Shown here piece by piece: positions 52,301-63,355 of a stretch of DNA of 64,000 nucleotides. Numbering within the stretch: the stretch's first letter is position 1; each line of letters begins with the position of its first letter. This stretch comes from Yuukianura sp. NJ FZ-2021 (taxonomy: Eukaryota): contig CM102287.1 in NCBI GenBank assembly GCA_046563655.1, positions 992,001 to 1,056,000 of the forward strand, in the 5' to 3' direction. The notes below the pieces were generated by a model, which ran no database searches, was not told the DNA's origin, and worked only from the letters and a program-made list of their open reading frames with translations. The position numbers and the translations under genes were made by a program.

Positions 52301-55300
52301 GAGAGGTGCCAGGAATCGACATGTGGCGAAAAGTGCGACAACTAGTGTGTTCTTAAGTAAAACACAGTAGCAGTTAGAGGTCAAATGTAGCCAACAACGA
52401 GTACAAGCATGATATTCAGCTGTCATGACTAGAGATAGAATTTTTACATGTTGGCGTCACGGGGTCGTTCTGCAAAATTTTCCTTTAGTGCAATCGAGAG
52501 GTGCCAGGAATCGACATGTGGCGAAAAGTGCGACAACTAGTGTGTTCTTAAGTAAAACACAGTAGCAGTTAGAGGTCAAATGTAGCCAACAACGAGTACA
52601 AGCATGATATTCAGCTGTCATGACTAGAGATAGAATTTTTTACTTGTTGGCGTCATGGGGTCGTTCTGTAAAATTTTCTTTTAGTGCAATCGAGAGGTGC
52701 CAGGAATCGACATGTGGCGAAAAGTGCGACAACTAGTGTGTTCTTAAGTAAAACACAGTAGCAGTTAGAGGTCAAATGTAGCCAACAACGAGTACAAGCA
52801 TGATATTCAGCTGTCATGACTAGAGATAGAATTTTTTACTTGTTGGCGTCATGGGGTCGTTCTGTAAAATTTTCTTTTAGTGCAATCGAGAGGTGCCAGG
52901 AATCGACATGTGGCGAAAAGTGCGACAACTAGTGTGTTCTTAAGTAAAACACAGTAGCAGTTAGAGGTCAAATGTAGCCAACAACGAGTACAAGCATGAT
53001 ATTCAGCTGTCATGACTAGAGATAGAATTTTTTACATGTTGGCGTCATGGGATCGTTCTGCAAAATTTTCTTTTAGTGCAATCGAGAGGTGCCAGGAATC
53101 GACATGTGGCGAAAAGTGCGACAACTAGTGTGTTCTTAAGTAAAACACAGTAGCAGTTAGAGGTCAAATGTAGCCAACAACGAGTACAAGCATGATATTC
53201 AGCTGTCATGACTAGAGATAGAATTTTTTACATGTTGGCGTCATGGGGTCTTTCTGCAAAATTTTCTTTTAGTGCAATCGAGAGGTGCCAGGAATCGACA
53301 TGTGGCGAAAAGTGCGACAACTAGTGTGTTCTTAAGTAAAACACAGTAGCAGTTAGAGGTCAAATGTAGCCAACAACGAGTACAAGCATGATATTCAGCT
53401 GTCATGACTAGAGATAGAATTTTTTACTTGTTGGCGTCATGGGGTCGTTCTGTAAAATTTTCTTTTAGTGCAATCGAGAGGTGCCAGGAATCGACATGTG
53501 GCGAAAAGTGCGACAACTAGTGTGTTCTTAAGTAAAACACAGTAGCAGTTAGAGGTCAAATGTAGCCAACAACGAGTACAAGCATGATATTCAGCTGTCA
53601 TGACTAGAGATAGAATTTTTTACATGTTGGCGTCATGGGGTCGTTCTGTAAAATTTTCTTTTAGTGCAATCGAGAGGTGCCAGGAATCGACATGTGGCGA
53701 AAAGTGCGACAACTAGTGTGTTCTTAAGTAAAACACAGTAGCAGTTAGAGGTCAAATGTAGCCAACAACGAGTACAAGCATGATATTCAGCTGTCATGAC
53801 TAGAGATAGAATTTTTTACTTGTTGGCGTCATGGGGTCGTTCTGTAAAATTTTCTTTTAGTGCAATCGAGAGGTGCCAGGAATCGACATGTGGCGAAAAG
53901 TGCGACAACTAGTGTGTTCTTAAGTAAAACACAGTAGCAGTTAGAGGTCAAATGTAGCCAACAACGAGTACAAGCATGATATTCAGCTGTCATGACTAGA
54001 GATAGAAATTATTTACTTGTTGGCGTCATGGGGTCGTTCTGTAAAATTTTCTTTTAGTGCAATCGAGAGGTGCCAGGAATCGACATGTGGCGAAAAGTGC
54101 GACAACTAGTGTGTTCTTAAGTAAAACACAGTAGCAGTTAGAGGTCAAATGTAGCCAACAACGAGTACAAGCATGATATTCAGCTGTCATGACTAGAGAT
54201 AGAATTTTTTACTTGTTGGCGTCATGGGGTCGTTCTGTAAAATTTTCTTTTAGTGCAATCGAGAGGTGCCAGGAATCGACATGTGGCGAAAAGTGCGACA
54301 ACTAGTGTGTTCTTAAGTAAAACACAGTAGCAGTTAGAGGTCAAATGTAGCCAACAACGAGTACAAGCATGATATTCAGCTGTCATGACTAGAGATAGAA
54401 TTTTTTACTTGTTGGCGTCATGGGGTCGTTCTGTAAAATTTTCTTTTAGTGCAATCGAGAGGTGCCAGGAATCGACATGTGGCGAAAAGTGCGACAACTA
54501 GTGTGTTCTTAAGTAAAACACAGTAGCAGTTAGAGGTCAAATGTAGCCAACAACGAGTACAAGCATGATATTCAGCTGTCATGACTAGAGATAGAAACTT
54601 TACATGTTGGCGTCACGGGGTCGTTCTGCAAAATTTTCTTTTAGTGCAATCGAGAGGTGCCAGGAATCGACATGTGGCGAAAAGTGCGACAACTAGTGTG
54701 TTCTTAAGTAAAACACAGTAGCAGTTAGAGGTCAAATGTAGCCAACAACGAGTACAAGCATGATATTCAGCTGTCATGACTAGAGATAGAATTTTTTACT
54801 TGTTGGCGTCATGGGGTCGTTCTGTAAAATTTTCTTTTAGTGCAATCGAGAGGTGCCAGGAATCGACATGTGGCGAAAAGTGCGACAACTAGTGTGTTCT
54901 TAAGTAAAACACAGTAGCAGTTAGAGGTCAAATGTAGCCAACAACGAGTACAAGCATGATATTCAGCTGTCATGACTAGAGATAGAATTTTTTACTTGTT
55001 GGCGTCATGGGGTCGTTCTGTAAAATTTTCTTTTAGTGCAATCGAGAGGTGCCAGGAATCGACATGTGGCGAAAAGTGCGACAACTAGTGTGTTCTTAAG
55101 TAAAACACAGTAGCAGTTAGAGGTCAAATGTAGCCAACAACGAGTACAAGCATGATATTCAGCTGTCATGACTAGAGATAGAATTTTTTACTTGTTGGCG
55201 TCATGGGGTCGTTCTGTAAAATTTTCTTTTAGTGCAATCGAGAGGTGCCAGGAATCGACATGTGGCGAAAAGTGCGACAACTAGTGTGTTCTTAAGTAAA

Positions 55301-58300
55301 ACACAGTAGCAGTTAGAGGTCAAATGTAGCCAACAACGAGTACAAGCATGATATTCAGCTGTCATGACTAGAGATAGAAATTTTTACTTGTTGGCATCAT
55401 GGGGTCGTTCTGTAAAATTTTCTTTTAGTGCAATCGAGAGGTGCCAGGAATCGACATGTGGCGAAAAGTGCGACAACTAGTGTGTTCTTAAGTAAAACAC
55501 AGTAGCAGTTAGAGGTCAAATGTAGCCAACAACGAGTACAAGCATGATATTCAGCTGTCATGACTAGAGATAGAATTTTTTACTTGTTGGCGTCATGGGG
55601 TCGTTCTGTAAAATTTTCTTTTAGTGCAATCGAGAGGTGCCAGGAATCGACATGTGGCGAAAAGTGCGACAACTAGTGTGTTCTTAAGTAAAACACAGTA
55701 GCAGTTAGAGGTCAAATGTAGCCAACAACGAGTACAAGCATGATATTCAGCTGTCATGACTAGAGATAGAATTTTTTACTTGTTGGCGTCATGGGGTCGT
55801 TCTGTAAAATTTTCTTTTAGTGCAATCGAGAGGTGCCAGGAATCGACATGTGGCGAAAAGTGCGACAACTAGTGTGTTCTTAAGTAAAACACAGTAGCAG
55901 TTAGAGGTCAAATGTAGCCAACAACGAGTACAAGCATGATATTCAGCTGTCATGACTAGAGATAGAAATTATTTACTTGTTGGCGTCATGGGGTCGTTCT
56001 GTAAAATTTTCTTTTAGTGCAATCGAGAGGTGCCAGGAATCGACATGTGGCGAAAAGTGCGACAACTAGTGTGTTCTTAAGTAAAACACAGTAGCAGTTA
56101 GAGGTCAAATGTAGCCAACAACGAGTACAAGCATGATATTCAGCTGTCATGACTAGAGATAGAATTTTTTACATGTTGGCGTCATGGGGTCGTTCTGTAA
56201 AATTTTCTTTTAGTGCAATCGAGAGGTGCCAGGAATCGACATGTGGCGAAAAGTGCGACAACTAGTGTGTTCTTAAGTAAAACACAGTAGCAGTTAGAGG
56301 TCAAATGTAGCCAACAACGAGTACAAGCATGATATTCAGCTGTCATGACTAGAGATAGAATTTTTTACATGTTGGCGTCATGGGGTCGTTCTGCAAAATT
56401 TTCTTTTAGTGCAATCGAGAGGTGCCAGGAATCGACATGTGGCGAAAAGTGCGACAACTAGTGTGTTCTTAAGTAAAACACAGTAGCAGTTAGAGGTCAA
56501 ATGTAGCCAACAACGAGTACAAGCATGATATTCAGCTGTCATGACTAGAGATAGAATTTTTTACATGTTGGCGTCACGGGGTCGTTCTGCAAAATTTTCT
56601 TTTAGTGCAATCGAGAGGTGCCAGGAATCGACATGTGGCGAAAAGTGCGACAACTAGTGTGTTCTTAAGTAAAACACAGTAGCAGTTAGAGGTCAAATGT
56701 AGCCAACAACGAGTACAAGCATGATATTCAGCTGTCATGACTAGAGATAGAAATTTTTACATGTTGGCGTCATGGGGTCGTTCTGTAAAATTTTCTTTTA
56801 GTGCAATCGAGAGGTGCCAGGAATCGACATGTGGCGAAAAGTGCGACAACTAGTGTGTTCTTAAGTAAAACACAGTAGCAGTTAGAGGTCAAATGTAGCC
56901 AACAACGAGTACAAGCATGATATTCAGCTGTCATGACTAGAGATAGAATTTTTTACTTGTTGGCGTCATGGGGTCGTTCTGTAAAATTTTCTTTTAGTGC
57001 AATCGAGAGGTGCCAGGAATCGACATGTGGCGAAAAGTGCGACAACTAGTGTGTTCTTAAGTAAAACACAGTAGCAGTTAGAGGTCAAATGTAGCCAACA
57101 ACGAGTACAAGCATGATATTCAGCTGTCATGACTAGAGATAGAATTTTTTACATGTTGGCGTCACGGGGTCGTTCTGTAAAATTTTCTTTTAGTGCAATC
57201 GAGAGGTGCCAGGAATCGACATGTGGCGAAAAGTGCGACAACTAGTGTGTTCTTAAGTAAAACACAGTAGCAGTTTGAGGTCAAATGTAGCCAACAACGA
57301 GTACAAGCATGATATTCAGCTGTCATGACTAGAGATAGAATTTTTTACTTGTTGGCGTCATGGGGTCTTTCTGCAAAATTTTCTTTTAGTGCAATCGAGA
57401 GGTGCCAGGAATCGACATGTGGCGAAAAGTGCGACAACTAGTGTGTTCTTAAGTAAAACACAGTAGCAGTTTGAGGTCAAATGTAGCCAACAACGAGTAC
57501 AAGCATGATATTCAGCTGTCATGACTAGAGATAGAATTTTTTACTTGTTGGCGTCATGGGGTCTTTCTGCAAAATTTTCTTTTAGTGCAATCGAGAGGTG
57601 CCAGGAATCGACATGTGGCGAAAAGTGCGACAACTAGTGTGTTCTTAAGTAAAACACAGTAGCAGTTAGAGGTCAAATGTAGCCAACAACGAGTACAAGC
57701 ATGATATTCAGCTGTCATGACTAGAGATAGAATTTTTTACTTGTTGGCATCATGGGGTCGTTCTGTAAAATTTTCTTTTAGTGCAATCGAGAGGTGCCAG
57801 GAATCGACATGTGGCGAAAAGTGCGACAACTAGTGTGTTCTTAAGTAAAACACAGTAGCAGTTAGAGGTCAAATGTAGCCAACAACGAGTACAAGCATGA
57901 TATTCAGCTGTCATGACTAGAGATAGAATTTTTTACATGTTGGCGTCATGGGGTCGCTCTGTAAATTTTTCTTTTAGTGCAATCGAGAGGTGCCAGGAAT
58001 CGACATGTGGCGAAAAGTGCGACAACTAGTGTGTTCTTAAGTAAAACACAGTAGCAGTTAGAGGTCAAATGTAGCCAACAACGAGTACAAGCATGATATT
58101 CAGCTGTCATGACTAGAGATAGAATTTTTTACATGTTGGCGTCACGGGGTCGTTCTGCAAAATTTTCTTTTAGTGCAATCGAGAGGTGCCAGGAATCGAC
58201 ATGTGGCGAAAAGTGCGACAACTAGTGTGTTCTTAAGTAAAACACAGTAGGAGTTAGAGGTCAAATGTAGCCAACAACGAGTACAAGCATGATATTCAGC

Positions 58301-61300
58301 TGTCATGACTAGAGATAGAATTTTTTACTTGTTGGCGTCATGGGGTCGTTCTGTAAAATTTTCTTTTAGTGCAATCGAGAGGTGCCAGGAATCGACATGT
58401 GGCGAAAAGTGCGACAACTAGTGTGTTCTTAAGTAAAACACAGTAGCAGTTAGAGGTCAAATGTAGCCAACAACGAGTACAAGCATGATATTCAGCTGTC
58501 ATGACTAGAGATAGAATTTTTTACATGTTGGCGTCACGGGGTCGTTCTGCAAAATTTTCTTTTAGTGCAATCGAGAGGTGCCAGGAATCGACATGTGGCG
58601 AAAAGTGCGACAACTAGTGTGTTCTTAAGTAAAACACAGTAGGAGTTAGAGGTCAAATGTAGCCAACAACGAGTACAAGCATGATATTCAGCTGTCATGA
58701 CTAGAGATAGAATTTTTTACTTGTTGGCGTCATGGGGTCGTTCTGTAAAATTTTCTTTTAGTGCAATCGAGAGGTGCCAGGAATCGACATGTGGCGAAAA
58801 GTGCGACAACTAGTGTGTTCTTAAGTAAAACACAGTAGCAGTTTGAGGTCAATTGTAGCCAACAACGAGTACAAGCATGATATTCAGCTGTCATGACTAG
58901 AGATAGAATTTTTTACTTGTTGGCGTCATGGGGTCGTTCTGTAAAATTTTCTTTTAGTGCAATCGAGAGGTGCCAGGAATCGACATGTGGCGAAAAGTGC
59001 GACAACTAGTGTGTTCTTAAGTAAAACACAGTAGCAGTTAGAGGTCAAATGTAGCCAACAACGAGTACAAGCATGATATTCAGCTGTCATGACTAGAGAT
59101 AGAATTTTTTACATGTTGGCGTCACGGGGTCGTTCTGTAAAATTTTCTTTTAGTGCAATCGAGAGGTGCCAGGAATCGACATGTGGCGAAAAGTGCGACA
59201 ACTAGTGTGTTCTTAAGTAAAACACAGTAGCAGTTTGAGGTGAAATATAGCCAACAACGAGTACAAGCATGATATTCAGCTGTCATGACTAGAGATAGAA
59301 TTTTTTACTTGTTGGCGTCATGGGGTCTTTCTGCAAAATTTTCTTTTAGTGCAATCGAGAGGTGCCAGGAATCGACATGTGGCGAAAAGTGCGACAACTA
59401 GTGTGTTCTTAAGTAAAACACAGTAGCAGTTTGAGGTCAATTGTAGCCAACAACGAGTACAAGCATGATATTCAGCTGTCATGACTAGAGATAGAATTTT
59501 TTACTTGTTGGCGTCATGGGGTCGTTCTGTAAAATTTTCTTTTAGTGCAATCGAGAGGTGCCAGGAATCGACATGTGGCGAAAAGTGCGACAACTAGTGT
59601 GTTCTTAAGTAAAACACAGTAGCAGTTAGAGGTCAAATGTAGCCAACAACGAGTACAAGCATGATATTCAGCTGTCATGACTAGAGATAGAATTTTTTAC
59701 TTGTTGGCGTCATGGGGTCGTTCTGTAAAATTTTCTTTTAGTGCAATCGAGAGGTGCCAGGAATCGACATGTGGCGAAAAGTACGACAACTAGTGTGTTG
59801 TTAAGTAAAACACAGTAGCAGTTAGAGGTCAAATGTAGCCAACAACGAGTACAAGCATGATATTCAGCTGTCATGACTAGAGATAGAATTTTTTACTTGT
59901 TGGCGTCATGGGGTCGTTCTGTAAAATTTTCTTTTAGTGCAATCGAGAGGTGCCAGGAATCGACATGTGGCGAAAAGTGCGACAACTAGTGTGTTCTTAA
60001 GTAAAACACAGTAGCAGTTTGAGGTCAAATGTAGCCAAGAACGAGTACAAGCATGATATTCAGCTGTCATGACTAGAGATAGAAATTTTTACTTGTTGGC
60101 GTCAAGGGGTCGTTCTGTAAAATTTTCTTTTAGTGCAATCGAGAGGTGCCAGGAATCGACATGTGGCGAAAAGTGCGACAACTAGTGTGTTCTTAAGTAA
60201 AACACAGTAGCAGTTAGAGGTCAAATGTAGCCAACAACGAGTACAAGCATGATATTCAGCTGTCATGACTAGAGATAGAATTTTTTACTTGTTGGCGTCA
60301 TGGGGTCGTTCTGTAAAATTTTCTTTTAGTGCAATCGAGAGGTGCCAGGAATCGACATGTGGCGAAAAGTACGACAACTAGTGTGTTGTTAAGTAAAACA
60401 CAGTAGCAGTTAGAGGTCAAATGTAGCCAACAACGAGTACAAGCATGATATTCAGCTGTCATGACTAGAGATAGAATTTTTTACTTGTTGGCGTCATGGG
60501 GTCGTTCTGTAAAATTTTCTTTTAGTGCAATCGAGAGGTGCCAGGAATCGACATGTGGCGAAAAGTGCGACAACTAGTGTGTTCTTAAGTAAAACACAGT
60601 AGCAGTTTGAGGTCAAATGTAGCCAAGAACGAGTACAAGCATGATATTCAGCTGTCATGACTAGAGATAGAATTTTTTACTTGTTGGCGTCAAGGGGTCG
60701 TTCTGTAAAATTTTCTTTTAGTGCAATCGAGAGGTGCCAGGAATCGACATGTGGCGAAAAGTGCGACAACTAGTGTGTTCTTAAGTAAAACACAGTAGCA
60801 GTTAGAGGTCAAATGTTGCCAACAACGAGTACAAGCATGATATTCAGCTGTCATGACTAGAGATAGAATTTTTTACATGTTGGCGTCATGGGGTCGCTCT
60901 GTAAATTTTTCTTTTAGTGCAATCGAGAGGTGCCAGGAATCGACATGTGGCGAAAAGTGCGACAACTAGTGTGTTCTTAAGTAAAACACAGTAGCAGTTA
61001 GAGGTCAAATGTAGCCAACAACGAGTACAAGCATGATATTGAGCTGTCATGACTAGAGATAGAATTTTTTACATGTTGGCGTCACGGGGTCGTTCTGCAA
61101 AATTTTCTTTTAGTGCAATCGAGAGGTGCCAGGAATCGACATGTGGCGAAAAGTGCGACAACTAGTGTGTTCTTAAGTAAAACACAGTAGCAGTTAGAGG
61201 TCAAATGTAGCCAACAACGAGTACAAGCATGATATTGAGCTGTCATGACTAGAGATAGAATTTTTTACATGTTGGCGTCACGGGGTCGTTCTGCAAAATT

Positions 61301-61716
61301 TTCTTTTAGTGCAATCGAGAGGTGCCAGGAATCGACATGTGGCGAAAAGTGCGACAACTAGTGTGTTCTTAAGTAAAACACAGTAGCAGTTAGAGGTCAA
61401 ATGTAGCCAACAACGAGTACAAGCATGATATTCAGCTGTCATGACTAGAGATAGAAATTTTTACATGTTGGCGTCACGGGGTCGTTCTGCAAAATTTTCC
61501 TTTAGTGCAATCGAGAGGTGCCAGGAATCGACATGTGGCGAAAAGTGCGACAACTAGTGTGTTCTTAAGTAAAACACAGTAGCAGTTTGAGGTCAATTGT
61601 AGCCAACAACGAGTACAAGCATGATATTCAGCTGTCATGACTAGAGATAGAAATTTTTACATGTTGGCGTCATGGGGTCGCTCTGTAAAATTTTCTTTTA
61701 GTGCAATCGAGAGGTG
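28339..61716. repeat. Tandem array of a 196-bp unit, ~170 copies, highly homogeneous
   Basis: ACAACGAGTAC recurs at 28339, 28535 and onward (period 196, occasionally 195 or 197, one 157-bp unit); ends at ...ATCGAGAGGTG 61716. Confidence 0.99.
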
Positions 61717-61745
61717 AGTAGCATGATTAGTGTGTCCAAGAACGT

Positions 61746-62140
61746 AAAACGTTTTACTTTCGTTAGGTGACTCAAGGTAAATTGCATTCTGTTTTTAAGT
61801 TTGAGGTTTTCAGGCATGAGTCATTGAGCATGGTTTATGTATCCTATCTCGGAAAACGTTTCCTTTCGTAAGGTGACTCAGCGAAATAAGGCGGGAATAA
61901 GTCATGCAATTATGGAAGGTTAAATGATGGCATTTTTACATCTTTGGAAGACTTGTATTTGGTCCAAAGTCCGACCTGTTTTCAAGGACGGATGTGAGTC
62001 ACGACCTTAAGTGCACACGTGCGTACAAAGTCCAGAATAGTATTTTCATCATCATTTCAACTTGTACTATTACTAGTCGACCCTAAAATTAGGTTTTGCG
62101 CAGGTATATATAGTTAGGTTTGAGTTGTAAGAAGTCAGTC
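61746..62140 (+). promoter_or_regulatory. IAP promoter: four AP-1 sites, TATA box and initiator
   Basis: TGACTCA/TGAGTCA at 61768, 61817, 61874 and 61995; TATATATA at 62105-62112; TCAGTC at 62135, 30 nt after the TATA and 14 nt before the ATG. Confidence 0.72.
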
Positions 62141-62148
62141 AAAGAAAT

Positions 62149-63078
62149 ATGGAGGTCCTCATGAGTTATGAGGGAAGATTACAAACTTTTCAGAACGCTC
62201 AACTAAGATGGCCATTGAATTTTGTGACCCCGGAAGCATGTTCGTTTGCGGGATTTTACTACCTCGGAGTAGATGACAAGGTGGGTAATTTTCAGCTTTA
62301 TGTGAAAAGATAACGTGGGTAGATGACATGGTGGGTAATTTGCAACTTTCTTTAAAATGTAAAAAAAAGTGTTAATGTTTTCTCTGTCGTAAATCAGGTT
62401 GCGTGTCCGTATTGCCGAGGTGTCGTCGGGGAGTGGGTGGTTGGTGATGAGCCATTGTTGGAGCACCGCAAACATTTCCCCCGTTGTCCGTATGTTGTGG
62501 TCATGACCGGTCTACTATCCGGGGTTGGGTTTGTTACTGTTCCGGATGTAACTGGGACCCACGGAATCGAGGCGGCCGGAGCAACGAGAATTGATGTTTT
62601 CGAATATGTGAGCACAGGAAATGGTATGCGCGGCGCGGTAGCTTCTGATGTTTCCACCGACCCTGACCAGCCGGGAACAGATCCTGCCAGTGCTGAAACG
62701 GGAGGAACCGAGTTGGTCGCAGCAACCGCGCCGGAAACCGACGTTCCCGGCGATGGAGGAGCGGATTTGGCCGGGCCTGCAACACGTTACGTGGCAGAAA
62801 TAACTACTCTCGAAACTAATATACCCAGTGTAAGAGGAACTGATGTTGCCGGGACAACTGAACACATTTTAACAGCGGCATCCAGCGCTTTGGCTTCCGG
62901 TGTTAGGAAAGACGACTCTGGCAACAGCCTTACTTGTAAGATTTGTTGGGACAAAGAAGCTTGCGACGTGTTCTTGCCATGTAAACATTTGGTTGCATGT
63001 CGTAAATGCTCATTGTCATTAAAAAGTTGTGCAGTTTGCAGAGAACCTATACTAATTAGATTTAGGGTGTATACCTAG
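62149..63078 (+). CDS. Inhibitor-of-apoptosis protein, 270 aa, one BIR + C-terminal RING; exons 62149-62280 and 62398-63078
   Basis: The spliced product gives an intact BIR (YEGRLQTF..WP..AGFYYLGVDDKVACPYC..WVVGDEPLLEHRKHFPRC) and a C3HC4 RING (CKICWD..FLPCKHLVACRKC..CAVCREPI); 117-nt GT-AG intron in phase 0. Confidence 0.93.
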
Positions 63079-63178
63079 TCAAGTGTTGATATTCTGTGTC
63101 AAGTTTTCCAAGTCCTCCCACAACCCAATTCAAGTAAATGTTGAATTGAGTTGTGGGATGACTTTTGTTGCTGTGAGT

Positions 63179-63243
63179 TCGAATCCTACGTTGAGAAATG
63201 AATAAAAAAAATCGAATCCTACGTTGAGAAATGAATAAAAAAA
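63179..63243 (+). terminator. Tandemly duplicated 33-bp segment carrying the probable IAP polyadenylation signal
   Basis: TCGAATCCTACGTTGAGAAATGAATAAAAAAA twice, about 120 nt after the stop and followed by a GT-rich tract. Confidence 0.7.
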
Positions 63244-63355
63244 TCGATTCAAGTTTTATGTGTTTTTGTTTGAGGTACGTTTTGCGAATTAGTATTTAAT
63301 GAAGTGGAAGTTTTGAGGAAGTAAGCATTTGTTGTGATAGCTAAGAGGAAGAAGC

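Noticed and set aside
28339..61716. CRISPR-like array (constant repeat plus variable segment)
   Set aside because: The variable part differs only by point changes rather than unique spacers, the unit is 196 bp, there are no cas genes, and the context is eukaryotic.
61886..61901. Two ATAAG motifs upstream of the IAP as baculovirus late promoters
   Set aside because: 5-mers are common in AT-rich DNA; the gene has an intron and a normal TATA/Inr, and no viral core genes are visible.
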